This document shows, piece by piece, positions 31,725 through 41,097 of a stretch of 64,000 bases of DNA (its first letter is position 1; the number at the start of each line of letters is the position of its first letter). Source of the DNA: Deltaproteobacteria bacterium. Lineage in GTDB: Bacteria; Myxococcota_A; Polyangia; Fen-1088. A program made the position numbers and the translations under genes. The DNA lies in contig JANRKS010000006.1 in assembly GCA_033763315.1 (NCBI GenBank), forward strand, positions 223,568 to 287,567, written 5' to 3'. The notes under the pieces are model-generated. The model saw only the letters and a program-made list of their open reading frames with translations, searched no databases and was not told where the DNA came from.

Positions 31725-31774
31725 AGCGGACTCCTAATCCGTTGGTTCGGGGTTCGATTCCCTGCGCATCCACA
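31725..31774 (+). repeat. Displaced 3' fragment of tRNA-Lys (att-like repeat)
   Basis: AGCGGACTCCTAATCCGTTGGTTCGGGGTTCGATTCCCTGCGCATCCACA; 5' half of the tRNA is absent. Confidence 0.92.
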
Positions 31775-31797
31775 AAGAGTTGCCTGTGGCACCTAAA

Positions 31798-33147
31798 TCA
31801 CCTGGCCAGAGACGTCACATGGTTCGCGAGATTTGCGACGGGGTGGAACTGGTAGGCGTTGCCGCGTTTGCTTCTGTAGAAAATGCCCAACGCCTCCATT
31901 TCCAAAAGGTCCGCACGAGCGGTTTGATACACAACGCCGTGAAGATTCTGATGAACATCGATACGCATGGGTGTCTCGGGGTGTTTGAGGGCGCTTCGAA
32001 GGGCGGCCAGCTGCCGGTGGTTCAATCGCGAACGCAAGACAGGCGAATTGGCGATCATCCTTTCGGTGTCGTGTTGTTCAGCCGACTTGCGTGCGATGTA
32101 CGCATGCAGCGCCGCTATGGCGCGGCGGATCGTGCTCAGCTGGTGGATGATGAAGTAGGTGGTATCGCCGTGGTCGGATTCTGTATGAAGGTAGGCTCGA
32201 ACGTATTTCGCGGGAGCTTGCTTGATGATGTGAGAGATCGATACAAACTCCATAAGCCAATAACCGCTCCTCGCCATCTGCCAATAGAAAAGCGCACGAG
32301 CCGTGCGGCCGTTGCCGTCGACGAAAGGATGATCGTATCCGATCATGAAATGCAAAAGGATCGCGCGGATTACCGGGTGTACGAAGGGTTGACTGTTTTC
32401 GTCGGCATTCGCGAACGCACAAAGCTCTTCAAGGCGTTGCGGCAGGTCCTCGAAAGATGGTGGGGAATGCACGACACTTCCGTCACGCTGGTCAACAACC
32501 TCCACGTCATTCGTTGTGCGAAGACGTCCGGCGTCTTCGGCACGCTCTAACGTGTCGAGGGTAAGGATGCGATGCAACTCAAGCACGCGGTCGGGCGTGA
32601 TCGGTTGGTCGCGCAGTTCGCGGAGCTGTTCCATTGCGCGGTAATTGTTAAAGATCATTTGTTCGCCAAGATCTCTCGGCTGGCGTCGTTCCCGCAGCAT
32701 TTGGGCGGCAACCTTGCGCGTTGTTGCTGCTCCCTCCAGTTGACTGGACGTAATGGCCTCTTCAACGAGGGAGGCCAACAGATATGGCTGCCGGTTTTCG
32801 TGGATGGAGGCGCTTTCTGGCGCCCGAATCTGACCCGCGGCGTCCCGGTCTATGTGGTGCAGATCCACAAGAACGGGCTGAGGGGTGGCGAAGCGAAACC
32901 GCCCCGACGATTTATCCCGCAACGGCAATTCATTCAGCAACGGCATGCGGCCGAGGCAAGTGGCGGCCCACCACTGCGCGTGATCAAGTCCGGCAGGCGG
33001 CGATCGATAACGCATTTCGTCTAGATGCAGGTAGCGGCCCGCCGCCAACGGCGTGGCATGCGTCGCAAGGAGGCTAAACTGCTGGGGATTCTCCAGAGCG
33101 GTCGCCAGGATGTCCGCGAAGATTGGCGGTTTCTTGGGCAGTCGCAT
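31798..33147 (-). CDS. Fic family protein (class II) with C-terminal winged helix
   Basis: Canonical HPFVDGNGRTAR motif, inhibitory SSQLEG motif, C-terminal 'YQTARADL'. Confidence 0.93.
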   Translation of the reverse strand: MRLPKKPPIFADILATALENPQQFSLLATHATPLAAGRYLHLDEMRYRSPPAGLDHAQWWAATCLGRMPLLNELPLRDKSSGRFRFATPQPVLVDLHHIDRDAAGQIRAPESASIHENRQPYLLASLVEEAITSSQLEGAATTRKVAAQMLRERRQPRDLGEQMIFNNYRAMEQLRELRDQPITPDRVLELHRILTLDTLERAEDAGRLRTTNDVEVVDQRDGSVVHSPPSFEDLPQRLEELCAFANADENSQPFVHPVIRAILLHFMIGYDHPFVDGNGRTARALFYWQMARSGYWLMEFVSISHIIKQAPAKYVRAYLHTESDHGDTTYFIIHQLSTIRRAIAALHAYIARKSAEQHDTERMIANSPVLRSRLNHRQLAALRSALKHPETPMRIDVHQNLHGVVYQTARADLLEMEALGIFYRSKRGNAYQFHPVANLANHVTSLAR

Positions 33148-33179
33148 TTTCTACTAATTTATAAATGATTTAGTAGAAA
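33148..33179. promoter_or_regulatory. AT-rich inverted repeat (operator/promoter) abutting the fic start
   Basis: TTTCTACTAA-N12-TTAGTAGAAA with TATAAA in the spacer. Confidence 0.6.
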
Positions 33180-33240
33180 TTGCCAGTGTTATGGCTTGCC
33201 CGCGGGACCACCGTGCGCCACCGCCCGGGGACTCGCCCTC

Positions 33241-34293
33241 TTAGCTTGCCATCAATTGCAACCAGGCACAGCCGCGCGGCTCTCGATCTGAGCTGGCCCA
33301 CACCAAGGCAGGGCCTTCGCGATGACCCTGCAACAAGGCTGCATCAGCCAACGCCAACAACATCGTGCCCATGGCGGCGCCCACGTCGCCAAAGCGATCG
33401 GCGGGGTGTTCCAGGCTTGCTTCCGGCGCCAAGAGGTCGCTGTGTCGCAGGTGTGCAACGCCCCATTCTTTTGCGGCGGCTCCCTCTCCGTTGAGCCCCG
33501 CGAAGATCAACTGTGCGGGTGCGGCCGGTGGAGGCATTTGCGTGCGCATGGCTTCGATCGCGTTTGCCAATCCTTCGCCTTTGCCAGGAGCCTCACTGTA
33601 ACGGTGGCCAGGATCGTCGGCCATAGCCGCGGCCAAGATGGCAGTGTGTGGGCCGTTGGCGGGAGCATTCGTGAGGAGGACGAAAGCTGCGCCTTCGCCG
33701 GGAACGAACCCGTCCATCGTGCGTTCGCCCAACAAGCGGCCCTCGGCATCCAGTTCGGCGAGACGGCGGAGATCGAGGAAGGTATCCACGCCACCGACGA
33801 GGGCGGAACGGTTGGGGCCTTGTGCGAGGAATGTGATGGCAGCGCACAAGGCTTTCATCCCGGCTGCGCGCCCGATGGGAAATGCTTCGCTTGCTTCGAT
33901 ATCGATTGGGCAGGCAGAAAGCTTGGCGAGCCCTGAGAGCCACGGCTTATCGGCGATGGGGTGGGGCGCGGCGCTTGGCTCTGGCAAGCCGAGAAATAGT
34001 GGAACCTGGGCTGGTGTCGGGAGAGATGAGCAGCACTGCTGCAGGGCGGGCAAGGCAAGGCGCAACATGCGTCGCTGCCGGGAAGTGAGAGGGATGTCGG
34101 AAGCTTCGGGTGGTGCTTCGGGCAAGGCGTCTTCGGGGAGGAGGGCCATCCGGATGGGGGCGAAAAAGCGATCGTGAACCGAAGACTCTGCGAATCGAGA
34201 GATGCCAGCACGGGCGGCGGCCCAGATTTGAGGCACGGTGGTGCCGATGGAGCAAATCGCGCTGGTGCCGGCGATGTGGATGGGTAGGCTCAT
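33241..34293 (-). CDS. Beta-ketoacyl-synthase-like protein (PRK06147 type, T6SS-effector-locus associated)
   Basis: 'AARAGISRF', 'LVGGVDTFLD', 'GFVPGEGAAFVLL', 'HPADRFGDVGAA'; no catalytic Cys at 'GRAAG'. Confidence 0.85.
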   Translation of the reverse strand: MSLPIHIAGTSAICSIGTTVPQIWAAARAGISRFAESSVHDRFFAPIRMALLPEDALPEAPPEASDIPLTSRQRRMLRLALPALQQCCSSLPTPAQVPLFLGLPEPSAAPHPIADKPWLSGLAKLSACPIDIEASEAFPIGRAAGMKALCAAITFLAQGPNRSALVGGVDTFLDLRRLAELDAEGRLLGERTMDGFVPGEGAAFVLLTNAPANGPHTAILAAAMADDPGHRYSEAPGKGEGLANAIEAMRTQMPPPAAPAQLIFAGLNGEGAAAKEWGVAHLRHSDLLAPEASLEHPADRFGDVGAAMGTMLLALADAALLQGHREGPALVWASSDREPRGCAWLQLMAS

Positions 34294-34721
34294 TGCACCT
34301 CAGTCAGTTGGCTCATTCGCAGGAGCATCGCCTGATTGGCGAAGAGAGTCCAGGGGGTGAGTGAGGCGTTACTGGCGGCGATTTAGAGGCATCTGTGCGT
34401 CTGACCGGGAATGCTGCGGCCAAACGGGTTTGGGTAGGAACTGGGCTTGGGACGCCAGTTGCTTGTCGATACAGGCAAGAGGCTGTTAGACACGCTCTGC
34501 CACTGGAGATCAGCTGCAGGGCCGACGTGCTCTAGCTGCCTGAGTTCGCTTCTAGCCGCTTTGGTATGCCATCGATGAACGGGGCGCTTCGCTGAGCGAG
34601 CCAGACATACCGGCAGCCATTGCGTCCGTTGAGGAGTGCTTCGGCGGCCCTGTGCCGCAACCAGGGCAGGGTTGCATCTTCACGTCGAAACAACGAAACT
34701 GCTGACGGAGGCGAGAAGCAC

Positions 34722-35495
34722 ATGACCCAGCTAGGCGAGTCCGTGGCCGTAGCGATTGATACGCTGAAAAATCCCGAGAAATGCGTCTTTTGTCAGAGGG
34801 ATCATCAAGACCGGAAGGCGTCTCCATCGCACAAGTTTCCTCGGGATATGCCAAAGCTGAAGCGGGAGGGACGCGCAGAAACGATTGCGTTGGGACGCAG
34901 CGGTCGCTACCCCGGTGAGGATCTGCCACCGCTCGTAAAGTGGGAAAGCGATATTACGGCAACGGGGGGGTACAAGGCTGCAGCCCATCATTGCATAGCT
35001 CTAAAGACGGTGAGCGCCCATGAGATCTCGGGTGAGCTAAAGGAAGCAAACTATGATCCCAACGAGGGCAGTAACTGCATCTGGCTCCCCTACAGCCAGC
35101 TTCAATTCACCCGAGCCCGCGCGTACTCGAAGCCGTTGCAGAAGCATAGGGGCGGACACACCGATCAGTACTTTACAACCGTCAAAAAACACATTGACCG
35201 TGTGGCAAAGAAGGTGGCCACCAAGATGTGCACGAACGACGTTAAAGCCAGCAAGGACGAGCTGAAGCGGTACATGAAGCAAGAAGAGAAATCAGTCTGG
35301 CTTGGTGTTGCATCAGCAAAAAACGTTAGCTTCCAGCTTTACAACGGATCGTTTCTCAAGCCCAATGCGAAGTGGGGTTCGTTCGCGGAAGAAATTGGGC
35401 TTACCAAAGCCGAGCTACTAAACAACAAACCTTCAGCTGCGTCTTTAGCGGCTGACTTTGCTGAAGGCAAGGATAGTATTCTGGACCCGGAATGA
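34722..35495 (+). CDS. AHH-family (HNH/EndoVII) nuclease toxin
   Basis: 'AAHHCI', 'YDPNEGSNCIWLP', 'HRGGH..Y'. Confidence 0.85.
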   Translation: MTQLGESVAVAIDTLKNPEKCVFCQRDHQDRKASPSHKFPRDMPKLKREGRAETIALGRSGRYPGEDLPPLVKWESDITATGGYKAAAHHCIALKTVSAHEISGELKEANYDPNEGSNCIWLPYSQLQFTRARAYSKPLQKHRGGHTDQYFTTVKKHIDRVAKKVATKMCTNDVKASKDELKRYMKQEEKSVWLGVASAKNVSFQLYNGSFLKPNAKWGSFAEEIGLTKAELLNNKPSAASLAADFAEGKDSILDPE

Positions 35496-35505
35496 CAGGC
35501 GACTC

Positions 35506-36081
35506 ATGAATTATTTCGTTCTTCTCGCACGAACGCCCTGGGCCGGGCCAACAGCCTTTACACTTCACGATTTTTCATTTGATTTGCAAAACGGTCGTAC
35601 AGAAAGAGCGCCGCCGGCGCCATTGAGATACGAGCTACGCGTTCAAGAGGACGCACCCAAGGACGAGTCTTTCCCCCCCTGTGATCTCCACGACGCTGGT
35701 TCCGGGCAATTACTAATGTCACCCAGGATGATTTCGGCACTAGCAGAAGCTGGGGTCGACAACATTCAGTTTTTCGATTGCCACGTTCAGAATGCTCAGA
35801 ACGGCGAACAACTTGAATACAAGGTGGCGAATGTCTTAGGCGTCGTCAAAGCGTTAGATGTGGAAGCCAGTGACTGCGAGATTGACGAAGACGGCTTCGT
35901 TGAAACGTTCTACTCGATGAAGATCGATTCCAAAAAGGCCAAGGGCTGTAGCCTCTTCCGTCTTTTCGAGACCTTGGTCATGGTCATTATCTCAGAACGA
36001 GTAAAAATCGCTATCGAAGGCGCTGGCCTCACAGGGATACAAATTGTTGCGGATAGTGACTGGGAGCCAGGCGATCTCTGA
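35506..36081 (+). CDS. Imm11/DUF1629-type immunity protein
   Basis: 'LMSPRM..AL...GVDNIQFF', 'YKVANVL..VKALD', 'LFRL', 'IISERVK..IE.AGLTG'; directly follows the toxin. Confidence 0.85.
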   Translation: MNYFVLLARTPWAGPTAFTLHDFSFDLQNGRTERAPPAPLRYELRVQEDAPKDESFPPCDLHDAGSGQLLMSPRMISALAEAGVDNIQFFDCHVQNAQNGEQLEYKVANVLGVVKALDVEASDCEIDEDGFVETFYSMKIDSKKAKGCSLFRLFETLVMVIISERVKIAIEGAGLTGIQIVADSDWEPGDL

Positions 36082-36567
36082 ACGGACTCCTCCGCATGAC
36101 GCCCGCGTCTTCGTCCCTATGTTTCCCTCACTGTGGGGTTGGGGTTTACTCGGTTTAGTGGACAGTTGGTTCCACGGGCTGGCACATCTGTTGGTTGACC
36201 TCCGATCGGCGGTCCTCGATCCGAACGATGAAACTGAGGTGCCAGGCGGGCACTTCCTGCATATCCGCGGTGATTTGATGCAACGGTGTCGTATCCCGTC
36301 GAATCCGACCCGTGAAGCTCAGCTGGATTGGTCACCTGTCGCTGCCGGCAGTTGACGAACAATTTTTCGTTACACGCTGCCGGTGTCGTGGGCGGCGATG
36401 GCCGAAGAGACACTCGAGCTCATGGGCAAGCGTTGCCCAAAGCTATTCGAAGCCTCGCAAAGCCTCTGGAGAGATCGCAAGCGGAGCGGTGAAGTCAGAA
36501 TTTCATGACCGGGTTAGTTTCCTCCGTACCCATCACTCTCGATCAGGTGCAAGATATGGCCCAAATT

Positions 36568-38376
36568 CTACGGCGAGTACCGCACGCCCAAACCCAGTTC
36601 CAAGTGGCGGCCCAGGTCACCGGAGCCGCCAGGGCCCTCGTAGCGGAACCGCCTCGGCTGGCCAGCGACGGCTAGGTTCTGGCCCACCGCTGCGTATCGC
36701 AGGGTCGCTCCCAAGAAGAGCGACAAATTGTTCGAGAACCACGGAAACCCGATTTGGAGATCCACGTGCGGAGAGAAGAAGTTCGCCCAAACCAGCCTCC
36801 CGTTTTCGTAGGTGGCACCAGGGTCGCGCAAGGCCACCTCGGATAGCGGCCCAAGTAGATCCACCGCGGCCCCGTGAACACCTAGATAGACGAGGGATCC
36901 ATCCGGCGTGAGGTCGAATTCCACGTTGAGCATCGCTATGGAGGCGACGTAGCGAAATCCGTCGTTCTCTCGATTCACATATGAGTTGCTCCAGGAAAGC
37001 TTGAGGTCGGCCCTGGGCATCAGGAACTTGCGCCCGATCAAGCATCCGTAATCCAGTGACAGGACGCCATTGATCCAGCTGTTCCGCGCAAAACTTTTCC
37101 ACACGTCCTCGTCTCGCTCGCAGTCCCGAGCGAAACCGTATCCGCCTATTTTCCTGAAGAACTCGGTCCCGGCTTCCTTCAGCGCCGCTCGTTTGGCGGC
37201 CAGCTTTTCGCCGTCACTTCGATCGGCCAGCGACGCGTCTGCCAGCGCCAGGATTAGCTTTCGAATCACTAGGAACTGGCGGTTCAATGATTGACTCGCA
37301 CTATCGGTCGTCATGGCAATGTTCGCGGCGGTTGCAGCGCCGCCACCCAGGTCAAAGATCGACCGCAGAAGAGCCATCACGGTCCTGCGGTGATCTTTGG
37401 CTCTTGCAGCGTCGAGCGCTTCTTCCAAATCGCCTCCCGGCCGTGCGACCAGCGTTAGCCGCGCGTAAAACGCATTTCCGGACACGTTGGCCAAGATTGC
37501 AGACGCGAGCCTCACAGGTGCAAGAGTTCGTCGCGTGAAATCATCCGTGATAAACGCGACTGCCGCTTCGATCAGTGGCGTGCCCGCTTCGACCCCCTGC
37601 GCTGACGTCGTGGTCTTCGACCAGTTTGGAAGCCCCAGCGCCCGTCGTATTTCGGCCTCATACGTGAGCGCTTGAGTGAGACCTCCCTTCGTTACAACGG
37701 CAATCGACAGTGCGGCGCTCTTCACCATCTGTTCTCGCGCACCAGGAGTGTCATCACGAATCCCCAAGCTGACGGCATCCGCCACGCTGCAAGCTAGGAG
37801 TTCGGGCAGTTCCAGGTTGGTTGTGGACGGCAGGGATGGGCCCAGCGCTTCCGCCGGGCAGTTGCTGAAGGTCAATAGGGCTTCAGGCCTTTTGCTTGCC
37901 GGGAAGAGTCCGTTCCTGCCTGCGTCTACGCAACTTTCATCAGCAGGTATCTTCATGTCCTTCGTAAGATCGAAGAAGAGCTCCTTCGGCGTAGCCCCCG
38001 TCGAGAGCGTGCTGTAGAGGACGTCGATCAGTAAATCGTGCGACTCCTTTCTCAGTGTGTCGCCGAGCTGCGAAACGTTTCCGTCACGCAGCGCAATCAA
38101 GCTCTTCGGGTAGACCGACGCCAAGCCTTTCGCCCCACACATGAGCTGGAGCGCCGCCGACTCGGTCGCCTCCTGCGCAACGACCTCTTCGATGACATCC
38201 GCTAGATCCTCGTACAATTCAGCGGCTGTTTCGTTCGCGGCCGCTTCGACCCTGCCCGCAGACGTAACGATCAATGAAACCAGAAGTACGCCAAGGAGTA
38301 AGGGCAGTGTTCCCTCGCGCATTCGCATTCTCTTCGGGCTTGCGGCGAGTGAAACTTCTTGTGTTTTCTTGGTCAT
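36568..38376 (-). CDS. Hypothetical secreted / outer-membrane protein
   Basis: Signal peptide ending 'VEAA', helical N-half, beta-strand C-terminus ending 'LGLGVRYSP'; start uncertain. Confidence 0.7.
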   Translation of the reverse strand: MTKKTQEVSLAASPKRMRMREGTLPLLLGVLLVSLIVTSAGRVEAAANETAAELYEDLADVIEEVVAQEATESAALQLMCGAKGLASVYPKSLIALRDGNVSQLGDTLRKESHDLLIDVLYSTLSTGATPKELFFDLTKDMKIPADESCVDAGRNGLFPASKRPEALLTFSNCPAEALGPSLPSTTNLELPELLACSVADAVSLGIRDDTPGAREQMVKSAALSIAVVTKGGLTQALTYEAEIRRALGLPNWSKTTTSAQGVEAGTPLIEAAVAFITDDFTRRTLAPVRLASAILANVSGNAFYARLTLVARPGGDLEEALDAARAKDHRRTVMALLRSIFDLGGGAATAANIAMTTDSASQSLNRQFLVIRKLILALADASLADRSDGEKLAAKRAALKEAGTEFFRKIGGYGFARDCERDEDVWKSFARNSWINGVLSLDYGCLIGRKFLMPRADLKLSWSNSYVNRENDGFRYVASIAMLNVEFDLTPDGSLVYLGVHGAAVDLLGPLSEVALRDPGATYENGRLVWANFFSPHVDLQIGFPWFSNNLSLFLGATLRYAAVGQNLAVAGQPRRFRYEGPGGSGDLGRHLELGLGVRYSP

Positions 38377-38429
38377 TTTGTGTCTTTATCTGGCTCTTGA
38401 GGGCTTGGTCACGCCAATCTCGAATTCCA

Positions 38430-39377
38430 TCAGAACGCGAATGAAATGTCATCGACCCACAGCTCGAAGGCTTGTCCCGTGCCAGGCACTTGAAATTCAA
38501 TGTTGAACAGCTCATTGGTGTGGAAAACCCCGCCACTTATTCCCTGCTGAACCGCTTTCGAGAAGAGCACCGTTTGTTCGATCCAGTCGAAGGTTGAGGG
38601 CAGATCAACGCCCCACCACTTGTAGCAAGCGGTCGCACATTTTCCTCCTTGAACCACCGGCACTTGATCAGCCGTGAGGAAGTTGATCCGCACCGCGGAC
38701 GAGCTCTTGTAGAAGAACTTAACGCCATTGAACCCACTCGCGTTGTAGGTGGACCTCACAACACCATCGTGGTTGAGGCCAAAGCCAACCACTGCGCCCC
38801 AATCCTTTAGCCCTGTGCCTGAGAAGCGAACCGCTCGCTTGCTGTTCGCTCGCCCTCCCGGAATGACCGTAAAAGGAAATCCCAAGCCCGGCATGGGTGT
38901 GATCGTGGCCGAAGGCGTTTCATCCTTCGCCACATACCACCCTCCTTTTCGGCCTTCGGCGACGCAAATGCCGCCATCACCAACTTCCATGTCGTCGATC
39001 AGCCGTGGCTGTCCACACGCTGATGTGGCAGTCGGCGTGACGGATGCGCCGCCGGCCGCCGCAGGCGAGCCGCCGCCGCTTCCACCACTGGAGGACGGCA
39101 TGCCTCCTGTACTGTTTGCCGGCGATCCTTGCGTGCCGCCGGTCCCGCTGAGGCCTCCGTTGTTTGGCTGCTGCACGCAGATCATGGAGGCGCAGACGAG
39201 ACCTGGCATGCAATCGCCAGCAGGCAGGCAGCTGCAACGCTCGCTGCCAAGCGTGCATGCGTCGCCCGGTTTGTCGTTTGGCTTGTTTGATTCGCCGCAG
39301 CCCATGAAGGCGGATATGACGATCAACGTCACCATGCCAAGATTGAACGGAGTCTTGCAGACCGTAGTACTTGTCAT
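38430..39377 (-). CDS. Lipoprotein with Cys knot and CBM11-like carbohydrate-binding domain
   Basis: Lipobox 'FMGC'; 'LIDDME.G', 'G.WY...D', 'YNASGFNGVKF', 'FELWVDDISF'. Confidence 0.8.
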   Translation of the reverse strand: MTSTTVCKTPFNLGMVTLIVISAFMGCGESNKPNDKPGDACTLGSERCSCLPAGDCMPGLVCASMICVQQPNNGGLSGTGGTQGSPANSTGGMPSSSGGSGGGSPAAAGGASVTPTATSACGQPRLIDDMEVGDGGICVAEGRKGGWYVAKDETPSATITPMPGLGFPFTVIPGGRANSKRAVRFSGTGLKDWGAVVGFGLNHDGVVRSTYNASGFNGVKFFYKSSSAVRINFLTADQVPVVQGGKCATACYKWWGVDLPSTFDWIEQTVLFSKAVQQGISGGVFHTNELFNIEFQVPGTGQAFELWVDDISFAF

Positions 39378-39424
39378 TGCTTCACGTTCCCTGGGATGGG
39401 TTGGTTATCCAAGGTGCCCGAGCC

Positions 39425-41086
39425 TTACCATGCGTTGTCGCAGACCCGCGTTTGTTCGATCGTCACGGAATACGTGGCGCCCTCAAGGCCAACATTCTCG
39501 ATGTGGACGTCGCACGAACAATCGCGCCCCCCGCCGCTCCGGTTGATAAAGACCTTTCCTCCACCGCTGGACTTGCTTACGCGGCAGCCAGCAAAATGGT
39601 ACCCGGCGCTGCAGGTGCCGCCGTAGGTTCGGTTCTCGTTAATGAAACAGCACGCAAAGTTGCCGAAATAGGGGGCACCACCATAAACGACAGTCGAGTT
39701 CAAGTTCGACGGCGTGGGTACACTGCAAATGCCGCCGCATTGCCACCGACCGCCGCACGACCCACAAGCTGTGTTGTAGTTCGCAGGCAAAGGCGAGCTG
39801 CAAGCACCGCTGCACAAGTAGCTGCCGGAACAACCACACGATTGGCCGTAATTGGAGGGCGTCGCGATTGAACAGGTTCCGTTGCAGCTGACTCGACCAC
39901 CACACGCACCACACGATTGGTTATAGTTGGAAGGCGTCGCGACACTGCAGGATCCATTGCATTGAATGCGTCCTCCGCAGCTTCCGCAGGCAGCGTTGTA
40001 GTTGGCGGGAGTGTCAATGCTGCATTTCCCATCGCATTGGACCTTTCCGCCGCAGCTTCCGCAGGCAGCGCCCAAGTTCGCGGGGTCTGGCTTGCTGCAG
40101 GAACCATCGCACTGAACCGTACCCCCACAGTTTCCGCAGGGCGTGCCTTGGTTGCCGGGCGTCGCGGCGCTGCATGAGCCATCGCACTGCACTTTGCCCC
40201 CGCACTTTCCACAACTCATCCCCAGATCGCTTGGGGTTGCTTTGCTACAAGTGCCATCGCATTGGATCTTTCCGCCACATTGACCGCAAGTCTCGTTGAA
40301 GTTTGGGGGCGTGACCTTGCTGCACGTGCCGTCGCATTGGATCTTTCCCCCACATTGACCGCAAGCTTCATCGATGTTGGTCGGAGTGGTCTTGCTACAC
40401 GTCTCATCGCATTGGATGGTTCCTCCGCATTTGCCACACTCAAGCCCAAGGTTGCTTGGCGTCGCCGCTGAACAAGTGCCGTCACACCTCACCTTGCCAC
40501 CGCACATCCCGCAGTCTTGTCCTTGGTTTGCAGAGCAAACAATCGGTGCGTCAGGCAGCGCAGAGTCTTGGTCGCTGCTGGCATCTGGTGTGGGTTCCGA
40601 AGCATCAAGCAGTGCAGCATCAGGGGACGTCTGCGGATCCGTGCCAGGTCGGCTGCGGATGGCCGTGCAGACGCCATCTTTGCATGTGGACTCCGCTGCG
40701 CACGCCAGCACAGTTGAGCGACATACACGTTTGAGCTCAATCGTTATCGACGTCGCCTGCCCCTCGAGCATCATGGCGATTGCCTTTTGCTCCACCACCA
40801 ACTGGCCTGCAAGCAGGGCGCGTACCTCTACAAGAACTTCCTCGTCATTTGCGCTCGACGCTTTGACCGGAACAAAATTTACGGGGAACGTTGTGGTCGG
40901 GGTCAAGGGCACCCTTTGAATCACGGATCCTCGAGGTGTTGTGAATGATGCCTCAAGGGAGTCGATCTCGGTGCCGGGAGAAAAGTCGGAGGTTACCGAA
41001 ACGCCTAACGTTGTTTCATCGTCACTTGGACAAGCGGACAAGGTCATGACTAAAGACGCGATGACCATCAATTTGTGAATTCTCAT
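39425..41086 (-). CDS. Cys-rich repeat lipoprotein
   Basis: Lipobox 'LSAC', N-terminal beta domain, 11 CGxCGG repeats, Cys-rich C-terminal domain. Confidence 0.85.
   Translation of the reverse strand: MRIHKLMVIASLVMTLSACPSDDETTLGVSVTSDFSPGTEIDSLEASFTTPRGSVIQRVPLTPTTTFPVNFVPVKASSANDEEVLVEVRALLAGQLVVEQKAIAMMLEGQATSITIELKRVCRSTVLACAAESTCKDGVCTAIRSRPGTDPQTSPDAALLDASEPTPDASSDQDSALPDAPIVCSANQGQDCGMCGGKVRCDGTCSAATPSNLGLECGKCGGTIQCDETCSKTTPTNIDEACGQCGGKIQCDGTCSKVTPPNFNETCGQCGGKIQCDGTCSKATPSDLGMSCGKCGGKVQCDGSCSAATPGNQGTPCGNCGGTVQCDGSCSKPDPANLGAACGSCGGKVQCDGKCSIDTPANYNAACGSCGGRIQCNGSCSVATPSNYNQSCGACGGRVSCNGTCSIATPSNYGQSCGCSGSYLCSGACSSPLPANYNTACGSCGGRWQCGGICSVPTPSNLNSTVVYGGAPYFGNFACCFINENRTYGGTCSAGYHFAGCRVSKSSGGGKVFINRSGGGRDCSCDVHIENVGLEGATYSVTIEQTRVCDNAW
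39692..40513 (-). repeat. Eleven tandem ~75-bp coding repeats (25 aa, CGxCGGxxxCxGxCSxxxPxN)
   Basis: Read from the translation; unit 10 is one residue shorter. Confidence 0.9.
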
Positions 41087-41097
41087 CGGGTGTTTTC

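Larger units (their letters stand above)
30876..31774. mobile_element. Small tRNA-Lys-integrated islet (direct-repeat bounded, no integrase)
   Basis: 50-bp repeat at 30876-30925 and 31725-31774 (3 mismatches) enclosing two genes. Confidence 0.75.

Noticed and set aside
31680-31774. Intact tRNA-Arg(CCT)
   Set aside because: No D-arm or 5' acceptor strand; only a 3' fragment
33169-33181. Minus strand reads AATTTCTACTAA, like a Cas12a repeat
   Set aside because: Single copy, no GTAGAT stem at the right spacing, no array or cas12; explained as an arm of the fic palindrome
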